Under the pieces are notes generated by a model. That model searched no databases, was not told the DNA's origin, and was given only the letters and a program-made list of their open reading frames with translations. A stretch of DNA of 64,000 nt from Eledone cirrhosa (taxonomy: Eukaryota), in NCBI GenBank assembly GCA_964016885.1, contig OZ024756.1:26412001-26476000 (forward strand), written 5' to 3'. Of this stretch, positions 13,451 through 41,300 are shown one piece after another. Every line of letters begins with the position of its first letter. Positions within the stretch are counted from its first letter, which is position 1. A program made the position numbers and the translations under genes.

Positions 13451-14388
13451 GGCATACATGACTTTTAACGGTTTGAAAAATGAAAGTAAATTTATTTTCA
13501 TTTTCAACGTCATGAAAATGAAACTACATTTATTGTCATTAATTATTTTTAAGGGCAATGGATTAGCAGTATCGGTAGAGGGTCGGACGCCATGCTTTGA
13601 CGCATAGAGATACGGCCCTTGCCATTCTGAGTTCAAATCCCGCCGAGGTTAACTTTGCCTTTCATCCTTGCGGGGTCGATAAAATAAAGTACCTGTAATG
13701 TACTAGGTGATTGCTGGCCTTGTGCCAAAAGTAGAAACAATTAATTATTTTCATTTTCGATTGTAAATGTTGTTGATACCGTCCGTTCTGTTTTGGCTTG
13801 ATTCAAGAACGAACTGGGGTCATAAAAAGGGCAGAGAATGAGAACGGATTGGGGTCAGAAGGGCAGAGAATGAGAACGGATTGGGGTCAGAAGGGCAGAG
13901 AATGAGAACGGATTGGGGTCAGCACATTATTGGTATTATATACATGTGGTGCTATGATCAGGCACAAGTTCAGATCATTAGAGAAACGGGACTCTCCGCA
14001 CGGACAGTTATAGACTGGTGCTATTTTATTAGAGAAGTTTGTGAGCAGTATTTGGAGGCAAATCCTCAACAACTTGGAGGCTTCGATGACAATGGTGAGT
14101 CGATCATTGTAGAGATCGACGAATCGAAATACTTCCATAGAAAGTATCATCGTGGCCAGTGGAGACAAGGCTACTGGGTCTTCGGCGCTGTTGAACGCCA
14201 TTCTGGACGCTGCTCCCATTTTCGATTGTAAATGTTGTGGTAACACACAGAACGTATAGTATCAACAACAACATTTACAATCGAAAATGAAAATAATTAA
14301 TGACAATAAATGTAGTTTCATTTTCATGACGTTGAAAATGAAAATAAATTTACTTTCATTTTTCAGACCGTTAAAAGTCATGTATGCC
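13451..14388 (+). mobile_element. Merlin (IS1595-like) DNA transposon, internally deleted
   Basis: ORF 13881-14231 with VEIDESKYFHRKYHRG..WVFGAVER; long TIRs GGCATACATGACTTTTAACGG / CCGTTAAAAGTCATGTATGCC; left TIR interrupted by a SINE. Confidence 0.85.
13551..13739 (+). mobile_element. tRNA-derived SINE (representative of >15 copies)
   Basis: A-box-like TAGCAGTATCGG, B-box GAGTTCAAATCC, core GCCTTTCATCCTT.CGGGGTCGATAAAATAAAGTACC; TSD ATTAATTATTTT; other copies e.g. 20215-20335(-), 21848-22023(+), 30534-30720(-), 34310-34500(-), 34750-34940(-), 38820-38940(+), 40722-40910(-), 59040-59228(-). Confidence 0.85.
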
Positions 14389-14439
14389 TATATATGTATA
14401 TATATATATATATATATTTGTGTATTTATGTGTATGTAT

Positions 14440-14503
<64 letters not shown>

Positions 14504-14728
14504 ATGTGTGTTTATCTACTTTTATATTTATTCTTTTTTCTTTCCTTCTTCTTTCTCCAGCCTCACTTTCATTCCCGCCGAGGTTAACTTTGCCTTTCAT
14601 CCTTACGGGGTCGATAAAATAAAGTACCAGTAATGTACTGCGTAATTGCTGGCCTTGTGCCTAAAGTAGAAACAATTATATTATATTTTTGTTTTTAAAA
14701 TCCACTGTCAATAAATACACCAGGATTT

Positions 14729-14788
14729 TTTCATTCTGATGACTGAAAGCAAATTTGTTTGCTTTCAAGAAACCACTGGTAAATGAAA
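14729..14788 (+). ncRNA. Type-I hammerhead ribozyme
   Basis: TTTCATT-CTGATGA-C-TGAAAGCAAA-TTTG-TTTGCTTTCA-A-GAAA-CCACTGG-TA-AATGAAA; 7-bp stem I, 10-bp stem II, GUA triplet. Confidence 0.8.
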
Positions 14789-15122
14789 TAATTACCTTAT
14801 GTTGTTTATTACATAACTAATAAGCTCTGTAACCTACATAGAGCACTCTTTTTTCCTGGACCTTTCCGACGGAATTACTTCACTCATATATATATATATA
14901 TATGCAGAGGTTATATTTAATTTGTTGGGATTCAACAAGCTTAAAATTTTTTATAACTGATATAAAGCACTCAACAATTTAGTGGAGTAAATATACAATA
15001 TATTAACAATTTCCATTTGTTAATATATTGTATATATATATAATGTGGGCAATATTAAATATTATCTAATTACAATTATATATATATATAATTGTAATTG
15101 GATAATATTTAATATTGCCCAC

Positions 15123-15166
<44 letters not shown>

Positions 15167-15222
15167 CTGTTGACCATGTTATTCTTCACTCACTATATAT
15201 ATATATATATATATAATACGTA

Positions 15223-15388
15223 CATCCACCGGATTTACCATTGTGATTAGGTGTGCTTAAGCATGGGCCCCGTTGTTCAGGTGGTGCCCATCTTCCTGCC
15301 AAAAAAAAGTTTTACGAGAAATTTTCCAAAGTAAGGGGCCTCATAACTTAACTAGCATAGGACCTCATTTGTCCTAAATCCGGCACTG
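15223..15388. mobile_element. Probable hAT-type MITE
   Basis: Imperfect TIR CCGGATTTA ... TAAATCCGGCACTG. Confidence 0.4.
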
Positions 15389-15443
15389 CGTACACATACA
15401 TCTAATATTTTCAGTACCTATGTGACGTTGGGGACACACCTTG

Positions 15444-15496
<53 letters not shown>

Positions 15497-15662
15497 TTGC
15501 GAGGTTTTTTATATGAAATCGTGTGTCGAAACAAATATTGTTATACTTGGGGAGGGTCATATTTGTGTAATATTGCCAGAATTAATAACAGATCACACTC
15601 ACTGTGAGTGTGTTCTGTTATTAATTCTGGCAATATTACACAAATATGACCCTCCCCAAGTA

Positions 15663-15702
<40 letters not shown>

Positions 15703-16144
15703 AAAAAGTTTGACCCCGGTGGCAGAGCTCAAAGTCATAACAAAAGCTAAGAAAAGAAAAACAAGATTGTTCACTGATCCCTATATTAGGTGAGAAAATC
15801 GGGTTAAGTATAACTGGGAATAAAGTAGATACATTTCAAATTTCCCAGAGCTCAAGCTGTTTCGATGGCTATAGAGCCGATTTTCTCACCTAATATAGTG
15901 ATCAGTGAACAATCTTGTTTTTCTTTTGCCTGTTTTCTTTTTTAGCTTTTGTTATGACTTTTGTTTCTTTAGTTTGTTTTTGTCTCCTTTCTTGGACATT
16001 GGTTAGAGAATATATATATATATATATATCCGTATGTGGTTGACGGCTGAGAGAAAAGAGTGCTCAATACCGAAGTAGTTTAAATATTCATTTTATTAAG
16101 GCTAAATAGTGACCATTTAGACCGTACACATACATGGGATATAA

Positions 16145-16240
16145 AGTGAGGGAATTGTCCAGAGTTGATGGGAAGAGGCCAGATGATGTCCCTGGGCAAG
16201 TGATAGATATCTAATTTAGGATGTCACATTCAGTGACTCG
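16145..16240 (+). mobile_element. CRE-clade REL endonuclease fragment
   Basis: Degenerate translation RELSRVDGKRPD..PWASDRYLI*DVTFSDS resembles the REL KRPD..PW..WDVT motif. Confidence 0.5.
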
Positions 16241-16248
16241 TTTCTTGT

Positions 16249-16286
<38 letters not shown>

Positions 16287-16324
16287 TTGTTGATGTTGAA
16301 AGGTTCACGAGGGAAGAGTCCTCA

Positions 16325-16740
16325 GACACTCATTCCAGCAGGTCCTGTATCGGAAGCAACCATCTCCAACTGGTTGTGCATGTCAATCCTGTAAACAATG
16401 AACAGGAATGGTGACAGTATGCACCCTTGCCATAACACTTTCTGACACCCGCTATCTTGTGAATATCTCCACTCCCACCTGTGCAGTCATTTCTGATGCC
16501 ACACCTGAATAGAGGAGTTTCCATCCTCCATCCAAACCTACAGTATCAGAGACACAGAACTATGTGGACGAAACCCCGACTATATCTAGCCTCCTTCACT
16601 ATTTCCTGCTCCTTACCTTTAAGAGTTGTGATGTTCCAGGTTCCAACCATCAAGATTTGCTCCCTTCCAGACCCTCTTTGGGGTCTAGCCTTTGTGCTTT
16701 CATCTCATGCCGCTAGGACAGATCACAGGCCCATTGCCAG
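16325..16740 (-). mobile_element. RTE LINE remnant with APE N-terminus fused to RT motif B
   Basis: Minus strand VGTWNITTLKGKEQEIVKE..LDIVGVSST, then within ~200 nt QGCILSPFLFIVY. Confidence 0.6.
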
Positions 16741-18104
16741 TTTTTGCAGCATGAAATGGAGACTGCAATATATTTTTCCAACAGGCCCCTCTACCTAAAG
16801 CCTGAATGCATCCCTTGTTAACCGCATGAAGGACAATGCAGTATGGTTCTTGTTTGTTTTCCTTATCATATTACAGTTGCAGTTTCGGTGGGCTTATTCA
16901 CGCCACTCACCAATCTAGACTTTGTCAAACCCACGAAGACTAGGCTTTTTTAAAGGCAGCCTTTACTCGCCTCATCATAGCTTCATCACTGGATTGTGAG
17001 AGTTTTCTCGGGAGCTACAGGTGTCACTCATTGCTTCATCTCCCCTAGTAGTTATGCCGCTGTCGTTCTGGGGCTGCTTATTCATCTGGTAGTTGCCTGC
17101 ATATATCGCAACTAGCCATCGTATCTGGTAACCATATTGCTATCTGCCACCTGCAACCCGTTCTCTAGCTGAAGAGCTCTGCCGAGAATTAGAGGGAAAC
17201 ATACATATATATATATATAAATGTGTGTGTATGTGTTTTTTTTAGAGGGAAATTCACACACACACACATATATATATATAGTCTTGTTCATTATATTCTA
17301 GTTTGTGGTGAATATACACAAAATTAAAAAAAAAAAGTATTGGAGGATTGATATCACCAAAATTTAGTTACGGGTAGTGTCCCAGCATGACATCATCCTA
17401 ATGAATGAAACCAGCACCACCACCACCATCCCAAAAAAAGAAATACATACATACGTGTGTGTGTTTATAAGATAGATAGTAACAGATTTACGAAATCACA
17501 CAACCACAAGAGGCTTTGTGCACCTGTGGCATTGTAATACCATGCCACAATCTTACTCAATGGTAACTGAAATTAATTCCCAAAACAGAGTTTACTCATA
17601 CAGATTTAGTAGTGTGGTGGCAATAATTTAACAAACCAATTAGGGTTATTATTAAAATGAATACAACTAATATCAACCAATTAATAAATCAAATCAATTA
17701 ATTAAAAAAATATCGAAAATGTTTATATATATAATAGGCAGGCAGGTAGGTAAGTAGGCAGGCAGGTAGGTAGGTAAGTAAGTAGGTAGGCAGGCAGGGA
17801 GGTAAGTAAGTAGGCAGGTAGGTAGATAGGTAGGCTGGTAGGTATAACATTTTGGTTTGTGCATTTTAACTCCTTAAAGTAGGCCAATGACATGACATCA
17901 GACAAATAACTTAAGATATACTGAATCGCATGGGCAGAAAGTATTCTTTACATTAGTAATTTGGTATTCCTTTAGATTAGTGTCAGATATGACCAACTAG
18001 ATTAGTACATCTATAGTGTCAGATAATACCAACTATTTTAGTACTCCAAGTCAAATATGTCCAAATAGTTTAGGAAACCTCATCATAGCTAATGGCTGGT
18101 TGAT

Positions 18105-18590
18105 TGGTGGTTGTGGAGGTAGTGGTGGGGATAGTGTTTGTGGTTGTGGAGGTAGTGGTGGTGATAGTGTTTGTGGTTGTGAAGACAGTTGTGGTTATAG
18201 TGTTTGTGGTTGTGGAGGTAGTAGTGGTTATAGTGTTGGTAGTTGTGGAGGCAGTGGTGGTAGTTGTGGTTATAGTGTTGGTAGTTGTGGAGGCAGTGGT
18301 GGTTATAGTGATGGTGGTTGTAGAGGCAGTGGTGGTTATAGTGTCGGTAATAGTGATGGTGGTTGTAGAGGCAGTGGTGGTTATAGTGTCGGTAATAGTG
18401 ATGGTGGTTGTAGAGGCAGTGGTGGTAATAGTGATGGTGGTTGTGGAGGCATCTCTAGTGTGTGACGTCATCACCCCTTCCTTCCTCAATTATCTCTAGT
18501 GTGTGACGTCACCACCCCTTCTTTCCTCAGTCATCTCTAGTGTGTGATGTCACCACCCCTTCCTTCCTCAGTCATCTCTGGTGTGTGACA
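18105..18590. repeat. GGT-rich degenerate minisatellite plus 3x ~41-bp repeat
   Basis: Units such as GGTTGTGGAGGTAGTGGTGGTTATAGT; CATCTCTAGTGTGTGACGTCACCACCCC repeats. Confidence 0.8.
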
Positions 18591-18734
18591 GAAGGACGCT
18601 CTAATTTATGTATAGATTGCTTCAAATTTTTTCTTGATTATTTATAAAATTAATTGAAAAATGCAGGTGGTGTATTTCATTAGAAATATGCTAATGAAAA
18701 GGTTAAACCTCAAACTCTGTTCCAGGTGTGAATA

Positions 18735-33581
<14,847 letters not shown>

Positions 33582-34944
33582 GACTTTACTGTCTATCTCA
33601 CTCACTCTGTCTCAATCTTTCACTGACTCTCTCCCTCTCTCTGCCTATCATTCTGTGTCTCTCTTCCCCGCTTTCTCATTATCACACACACACACACCCA
33701 CACACAAATACATATATACACACACATACACACACATGTGCACACACACACACACACACACATATACATACCAATATATTGAGAATCCATCTCTACAGTA
33801 GCTAGGTGTTTCTGGCCTCTTGTATCCTGGGGTCACTGTCTGTTTCTAGGGGTTCTTACAACCTAACCTACACCCTCATCCAGGTTGAGCCCACTGAAGT
33901 TGATCAATCCTCAGCTGGTGTCCAAGCAGCTTTCTACTGACACCTAACTGTTACTTCCTTTTACTTAGAACCATCAGGATGCTATGCCTGCTCTTTCCAC
34001 ATTCTTAATGGTTTTTCTGCTGCTCATTGCTAATAATTGTTTCAACTTTTGGCACAAGGCCAGCATTTACCCAGTGCATTACTGGTACTTTATTTTTTCT
34101 ACTAGAGGCACAAGGCCAACCGTTTCAGAAGAGGGGAAAATCAATTATATTGACTTCCAGTACTTTATTGGTACTTTATTTAATTGACCCCAGAAGTAAG
34201 AAAGGCAAAATTTGTACTCAGAATGTAATGGTCAAGAACAAATACTGCTAATTTTTGTCCGATGCTCTAACGATTCTACCTAGTCATCACACTTTCTCAT
34301 TCCTAATAATAATTGTTTCTACTTTTGGCACAAGGCCAGCAATTACCCAGTGCATTACTGGTACTTTATTTTATCGACCCCCATAAGGATGAAAGGCAAA
34401 GTTAACCTCGGCGGGATTTGAACTCAGAATGGCAAGGGCCGTAACTCTATGCGTCAAAGCATGGTGTCCGACCCTCTACCGATACTGCCAATCCACCGCC
34501 TATAATAATAATGATTCCTTATATAAGCACAAGGCCAGCAATTTGGGGAGAGGGGAAAGTCGATTAAATTGACTCCAGTTCATTACTGGTACTTTATTTT
34601 ATCGACCCATAAGGATGAAAGGCAAAGTTAACCTTGGCGGGATTTGAACTCAGACTGTAAAGGATCGTAACTTTGCTGCAAAGCATGGTGCACGACGCTC
34701 TACCGGTACTGCCAATCCACTGCCCTAATAATGATGCTGATAATAATAATAATTGTTTCTACATTTGGCACAAGGCCAGCAAATATCCCAGTGCATTACT
34801 GGTACTTTATTTTATCGACCCCCGTAAGGATGAAAGGCAAAGTTAACCTCGGTGGGATTTGAACTCAGAATGGCAAGGGCCGTAACTCAATGCGTCAAAG
34901 CATAGCGTCCGACCCTCTACCAATACTGCCAATCCACCACCGTG

Positions 34945-34988
<44 letters not shown>

Positions 34989-35240
34989 TGAAATGCAAGT
35001 GACACAGATGCATAACAGTACTTTCTGATAGTTTTTTAATAGCTCCCTTGAGAAGGGATAGATTTTCTGAAATATTTCAGGAATAATAAATATTACCAAA
35101 GGACCAGGTTGTTATTTGCCAATTTGTTATCCCTTCCTTCTGCTCATTCTTACCTCTCTCCTTCTTGCTTATTCAGCTTTGTTACCTCAATATTTACAAC
35201 CTTATCTGCATTTAGGCAGCTTTCAAAATATACCCACTTG

Positions 35241-35273
<33 letters not shown>

Positions 35274-35614
35274 TTATTCAACTTCTTCTTTTTGTGTTTT
35301 TTGTTATTCATTCATTGTGAATCATTGAAGTTGTTTTTTCACAAGGATCTCAAAACCTTTGTGATCGTGTAATACTGGACCAAGGAGGGCAATTGAATAG
35401 TGTTTAGTTATTACTAGACCACCCAAACATGTGGCCGCCTAACTCTTCTCACAGCAATCCTCTGGACTATTTTTTCTGGTGTGCAGCTGAACAAGACAAG
35501 CTGAAGCAGAGCATTTGCCAAACATTCCATGATTTATCAGCTGAAATAGTGAAATGTTTAGTGGCAGTTGTTAGTAGTTTTTGTTTTGTTGTTGCCTGAT
35601 TGATTTGTTCATTT

Positions 35615-35647
<33 letters not shown>

Positions 35648-36039
35648 ATGAAATGTGAAGTTGATGAGTGGGTAGCTTGTTGGTTGAATAATGGCCAGTG
35701 AGTAAGTGAAGTTGGTCTCAGTGAGTTGAGAGAAGCTATACTATAGTCAAGGAAACACGGACTGGTACTCATATGTGGTGTGCAGTCATATTGCCGTGGA
35801 GAAGATGATTTTTTCCCATATCCCATGGATACAAATGAACATGGCACTGCTAATTTTAATGTTTTTATTTGTAACATTGATTTACTTTGATATCATGTAC
35901 AGCAATGAACAACAGAAAAATAATATATGTGTAGTGGTCGTGTGTCATATGTGCAAATGTAATAATATTTAACTGACTTGAGTTGTGTTGGTAAGATTTT
36001 ATCACCTAATGTCGACCCCAGCAAGGCTAGATAGCAAGA

Positions 36040-37780
36040 GTGTGTATTGTATATGTCGATACAGTACAAGCCGAAGGAAAAAAAAGTGATCGCTCTGTTT
36101 CTGTTGCGAAGTGGAAGGCAGACTGATTTTTCCAAAGAGGAAATTTATCTATTGTTCTCCCTTTATATAAGTGGCTCCGCTAGTTCTTCAACAAGAGAAC
36201 GTTATCTAAATTATGAGGTTCAGTGTGGCAGACTAAGAAAAGCTATTGTGGGAAAATTTGTTGAGATTTCGCAAGAAATTCACCGGTTCTCAATTCCAAG
36301 GTCATCTTGAAGAAGTTATTAAAGCTGGTGGAGATTATATTGAATAATTATATAGTATGGAGGTCCAGTAATTTTGTGTATCTTGAATCTTCAATAAATC
36401 TTAATAGACAAAGATTTTATGCCTTTTTTCCTGAACTCTGTCGGCTGTGCCTATTCTATACCAGCACCCTGTATATTTATGTATACAGGGTGTTCAGGAT
36501 AAATTTGATAGTCTAATTTTTAAACATGTTTTTTTCAGATGTACCTTTTATCTGTGAAAAGTGTACAGCATTGTGAAACTTAATCTGTATCTCTCTTCCC
36601 CTCTTTCTCATTATCACACATACACATACACACACACACACATTCATATACATACACATACACACACATATACATGTGCACACACACACACACACACATA
36701 TACATACCAATATATTGAGAATCCATCTCTACAGTAGCTAGGTTTAATGATGTCAAAGTTAACTGAAATGGACAAGTGGAAACAACCTGAATATTGGAAA
36801 AGAGTAACCTGCATCACATCATAGTGATTCATGGCAGGCATCAAAATTCCGCAATCATGACAGCTGCTCAATGCTCTTTGAACACTGAAAGTAATAAGAC
36901 GTCAGATGAAGAGCTGAATGAAGACTACAAGACTGTGGCTTGTAGCAAACACCACAGCAGATGTTCTGATTGCCTCCATACACTAGAATTTATACAACAA
37001 CAGCTGGGGAAAGTGATGGAAGACCCAGGCAAGAAAATGTGAGCTTTAGTGCAGGAAATATGTGTGGCAGCATTCACCATGAAGTTGACCTTGAACGAGG
37101 ACCTTTGCTACCACTCATACAAAAGGCGCGTAAAGGCCAACTTCTTACAGAAAAAGCTCAAGAAAACCATCTGACAAACACAAAGAAACTCCTGAACAAA
37201 GTGAAACATCATGTTGAACCAGGGACAATCTGGTTCTTCTCTGATGAAAAGAATTTTTATCAGGTGCACAACACCCAGAACAACAGATGGCTTGCCCATA
37301 ATCCATATGATGTTCCTCGTGTCATGAAAACCAAGTTTCCACAAACTGTAATGGTTTTGGGATGTCTCCAGTGTGGGTAATGTCATGCCACCTCACATCT
37401 TTGAACAGGGTCTCAGCCTCAATTCAGCTGGCTATGTGGAGTTGCTGATTACCATGGTTAAGCCTTAGTGAGAGAGAATAGCTTCTGGAAGACCATATAT
37501 GTGTTAGCAAGATTCAGCTCCCTGTCACACCTTGGGAACCCTCAGAATTGGTTGTCAGAGAATTTTTACGACTTCACCAGCCCCTAACTCCCCTGATTGC
37601 AATCCTATGGATTATTATGTGCAGAGCTCAGTTGAGAAAGACACCAAGATCCAGCTGATTGACAGGGTTCAGGAGGTGTTTGAGGCTCTTTCTTTAGTGA
37701 CACTGTGAAGGCCACATGTGCCAGATTCTGGAGTCAGATCAAGGCCATGATGGATGCTGTGGGTGGCTTATTTGAGTGAA
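36040..37780 (+). mobile_element. Tc1/mariner (maT/DD37D-like) transposase remnants
   Basis: IWFFSDEKNF, KFPQTVMV, QDSAPCHT, NSPDCNPMDYY with stops/frameshifts (36740-37780); a second remnant 36040-36472 ending ACCCTGTA; TACAGGGTG at 36484. Confidence 0.75.
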
Positions 37781-38227
37781 TTTTCTCTTTTGATTGTTTT
37801 AATCTTTGTCACTTTCTATTTTTCCAATAAATTTATTTTTGACTGATTTATTCACTTCTTTTTCCTTTAAAAAAAAAAGTAAAATTTATCATTTTTTGTT
37901 CATGAATTTATATTATTGTGTTTAGACATATTTGTCCTGAACGAATTGCGATCAATTTTTGGTGTTATTTACGCATTTGTTATGTTATTTATGTATACAT
38001 TTAAAACATATTTGCTCCGTTATTCTACAGTAAATTTATACAACTGTGATAAAATTCCAGTAAGTTACGTTCATTTGTTTTGTAGTCTAAATAAGACTTA
38101 TCCTTAATAATTTTGAATGGAGTGGAACGGTGCCTTTATCTGACGGAAAAAAATGACTGTAAGGGGAAGGCAAAGATAAAATAAAAGCATGAAAAAACGC
38201 TTTGGTAGGACGGAGAAAGTTGTTAAA

Positions 38228-38263
38228 CGGAAGTGAGATTAAGGTCAGGTGAATGTGACGTCA
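38228..38263 (+). promoter_or_regulatory. Candidate promoter elements of the Ig gene (ETS CGGAAGTG, CRE TGACGTCA)
   Basis: Motifs at 38228-38235 and 38256-38263, 120-150 nt upstream of the ATG. Confidence 0.35.
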
Positions 38264-38381
38264 AAAAGCAATTACAGGTGATAAACTGGATATATTGACA
38301 ACGATTTTAAAAACCTAGCTGAAGCCATTATTGGATCTCTGGTGTTTTATTTCAAAGCCTTATTCTCTTTGGTGGGAGATT

Positions 38382-41300
38382 ATGTCGTCTTTTAAATTAA
38401 TTTTATCTTGCTTTTCTATAATTTTCATCAGCTCAGGTAGGTAAATGTTTTAAATATAATTTGTATCCTGCCATGTTTTTTTTTTGTGTTGGTTTTGTCA
38501 CAAAAAGTTTTGTTTCTTTCTCATAATGTTTCCTGTTAAGATAAGAGATTAGATGTATTAAATTGATTTTAATGTGGTTATAAAACCACAAAGTTATTGC
38601 CAATGTCAAGGAAAATCCAATATAATTTGTGATCTACAATGTTTTCTTCGATATTTCGTCCACCTGAACCACACCTAATTACGAAAAAGACGATCAGTTG
38701 TCTTCAATTTTTAAACAATTTTTTTTTATCACACCAAATACGTTCAGTATTGTTTTAATGAAAGAAAAGAGATTTTATGAGCCATATGTATATATATTAT
38801 TATTATTAAAAGATTTACGATCTGAGTTCAAATCCCGCCGAGGTTGACTTTGCCTTTCATCCTTACGAGGTCGATAAAATAAAGTAGCAGTAATGCACTG
38901 GATAATTGCTGGCCTTGTGCCAAAAGTATAAACAATTATTAAAAGATCAGAGGCCATGAGAGAGAGAACGAGAGAGAATTTAAAACAAATTCGTAAAAAC
39001 TTGCAAATTCTAACGTAGAAGTTTTAAAGTTTACTTGTTTTTCTTAATCACCTCAATTAAACCCTCGATTTAATCGACTAAGAGGACGTCCCCGTTAAAT
39101 CGAAGGTAATAGAGAGTCAGTCTTTCTTTTTAATGTAGAAAAAAAACTTTAATATAATATACACAATATAAAATTATTCGGTTACTATAAAGAATATGTA
39201 AGTTTTATTTCACTTTTGGTAGTATAGTATAGTTGAATGGATTGGCAGAATCGTTAGATCGTCGGACACTGACAATTCCTCTACAGTATTGACGGCGCTG
39301 GTTTCTCTTCCCAGCTCGAACCAGCGGGGTTGGACCATGGGTGGGTGGGGGCAAATAGCCAGGCGGCATGGCAATCTTCTCGTTCTGTTGGAGCAGTTAA
39401 TTGTATAAATATTACAATTATATCGACTTTTGATACGAAACTGCCTGAAAACATTTTTGGTTCTAAGATACAAAACTTTGTTTTAAAGTGTTTATATTTA
39501 TCAAAAATCTTTCCATCATGATTTTATCTAAGAACGTGTTGTGTTCCAGACATCAGCTTAATAATGAGAAAAGTTAGTTATTTTATAAATCTCTCCAGAT
39601 TCTTGATTATTTAAAAAATTATTCGAAAATTATAGGCAGTGTCTTTCATTAGAAATATAGTATCAAAAGTTCTTTAAGCTTTAAGGACCTATCCCCCGTC
39701 CCAGTTAGATGGTCGTGCTGGTAACAACAAAAGTCCCTAGTCCACCATGTATGCTGCTCATGGTAAGCATTTACATTACTCTATACTTACTATTAGATTT
39801 TCACGGTAAAGGTTTTATCTCACATAATATGGAATCTACGAGATTTTGGTATTATTTATTTTGAAAACAATACCTTAACATAAGTATTAGCAGCCAGTTT
39901 GAACAAAAAGAGGTGAGAGAATTCTGGCCGGTTGCAGCCAGTTTGAACAGAAAGAGGTGAGAGAATTCTGGCCGGTTACAGCCAGTTTGAACAGAAAAAG
40001 GTGAGAGAATTCTGGCCGGTTACAGCCAGTTTGAACAGAAAGAGGTGAGAGAATTTTGGCCGATTACAGCCAGTTTGAACAGAAAGAGGTGAGAGAATTC
40101 TGGCAGGATACAGCCAGTTTGAACAGAAAGAGGTGAGAGAATTCTGGCAGGATACAGCCGGTTACAGCCAGTTTGAACAGAAAGAGGTGAGAGAATTCTG
40201 GCAGGATACAGCCAGTTTGAACAGAAAGAGGTGAGAGAATTCTGGCAGGATACAGCCGGTTACAGCCAGTTTGAACAGAAAGAGGTGAGAGAATTCTGGC
40301 AGGATACAGCCAGTTTGAACAGAAAGAGGTGAGAGAATTCTGGCAGGATACAGCCGGTTACAGCCAGTTTGAACAGAAAGAGGTGAGAGAATTCTGGCAG
40401 GATACAGCCGGTTACAGCCAGTTTGAACAGAAAGAGGTGAGAGAATTCTGGCAGGATACAGCCAGTTTGAACAGAAAGAGGTGAGAGAATTCTGGCAGGA
40501 TACAGCCGGTTACAGCCAGTTTGAACAGAAAGAGGTGAGAGAATTCTGGCAGGATACAGCCGGTTACAGCCAGTTTGAACAAAAAGAGGTGAGAGAATTC
40601 TGGCAGGATACAGCCGATTTGAACAGAAAGAGGTGAGAGAATTCTGGCCAGATACAGCCAGTTTAGAAAAATCTGTTACCATAATTCTATGTCAGAACCT
40701 TTATGTTCAAAATAAGAACTTAATAATTGTTTCTACTTTAGGCACAAGGCCAGCAATTATCCAGTGCATTACTGGTACTTTATTTTATCGACCCCGTAAG
40801 GATGAAAGGCAAAGTCAACCTCGGTGGGATTTGAACTCAGATCGTAAAGGGACGTAACTATGCTCGAAAGCATGGCGTCCGACCCTCTACCGATACTGCC
40901 AATCCACCGCCCTATAAATAAGAACTTAATAATGAGAGATATATTTTGTTTATATTATTTTCTGTTTTCTTGTTCCTCAGTGCACTGCCAAGAGCCAAGC
41001 ATTGTTGATGACATTTTCAAAGATATAAAGAGAATTGGTGAAACTGGAATACTTAATTGCACTGTGGCACGACTCGGTTCAAATGTGGTAAAAATATATT
41101 TTTTAATTTTGCTATACTTATAATTATATTTGGTACATACCTGTATGTGTACATCTTGTCTAACGATATTAGGTACATACCTGTATGTGTACACCTTGTC
41201 TGATGATGTTAGGTACATACCTGTATATGTACACCTTGTCTAATGATATTAGGTACATACCTGTATGTGTACACCTTGTCTGATGATGTTAGGTACATAC

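Noticed and set aside
18016-18465. Gly/Cys/Ser-rich keratin-like ORF
   Set aside because: GGT-rich minisatellite open in multiple frames, non-ATG start
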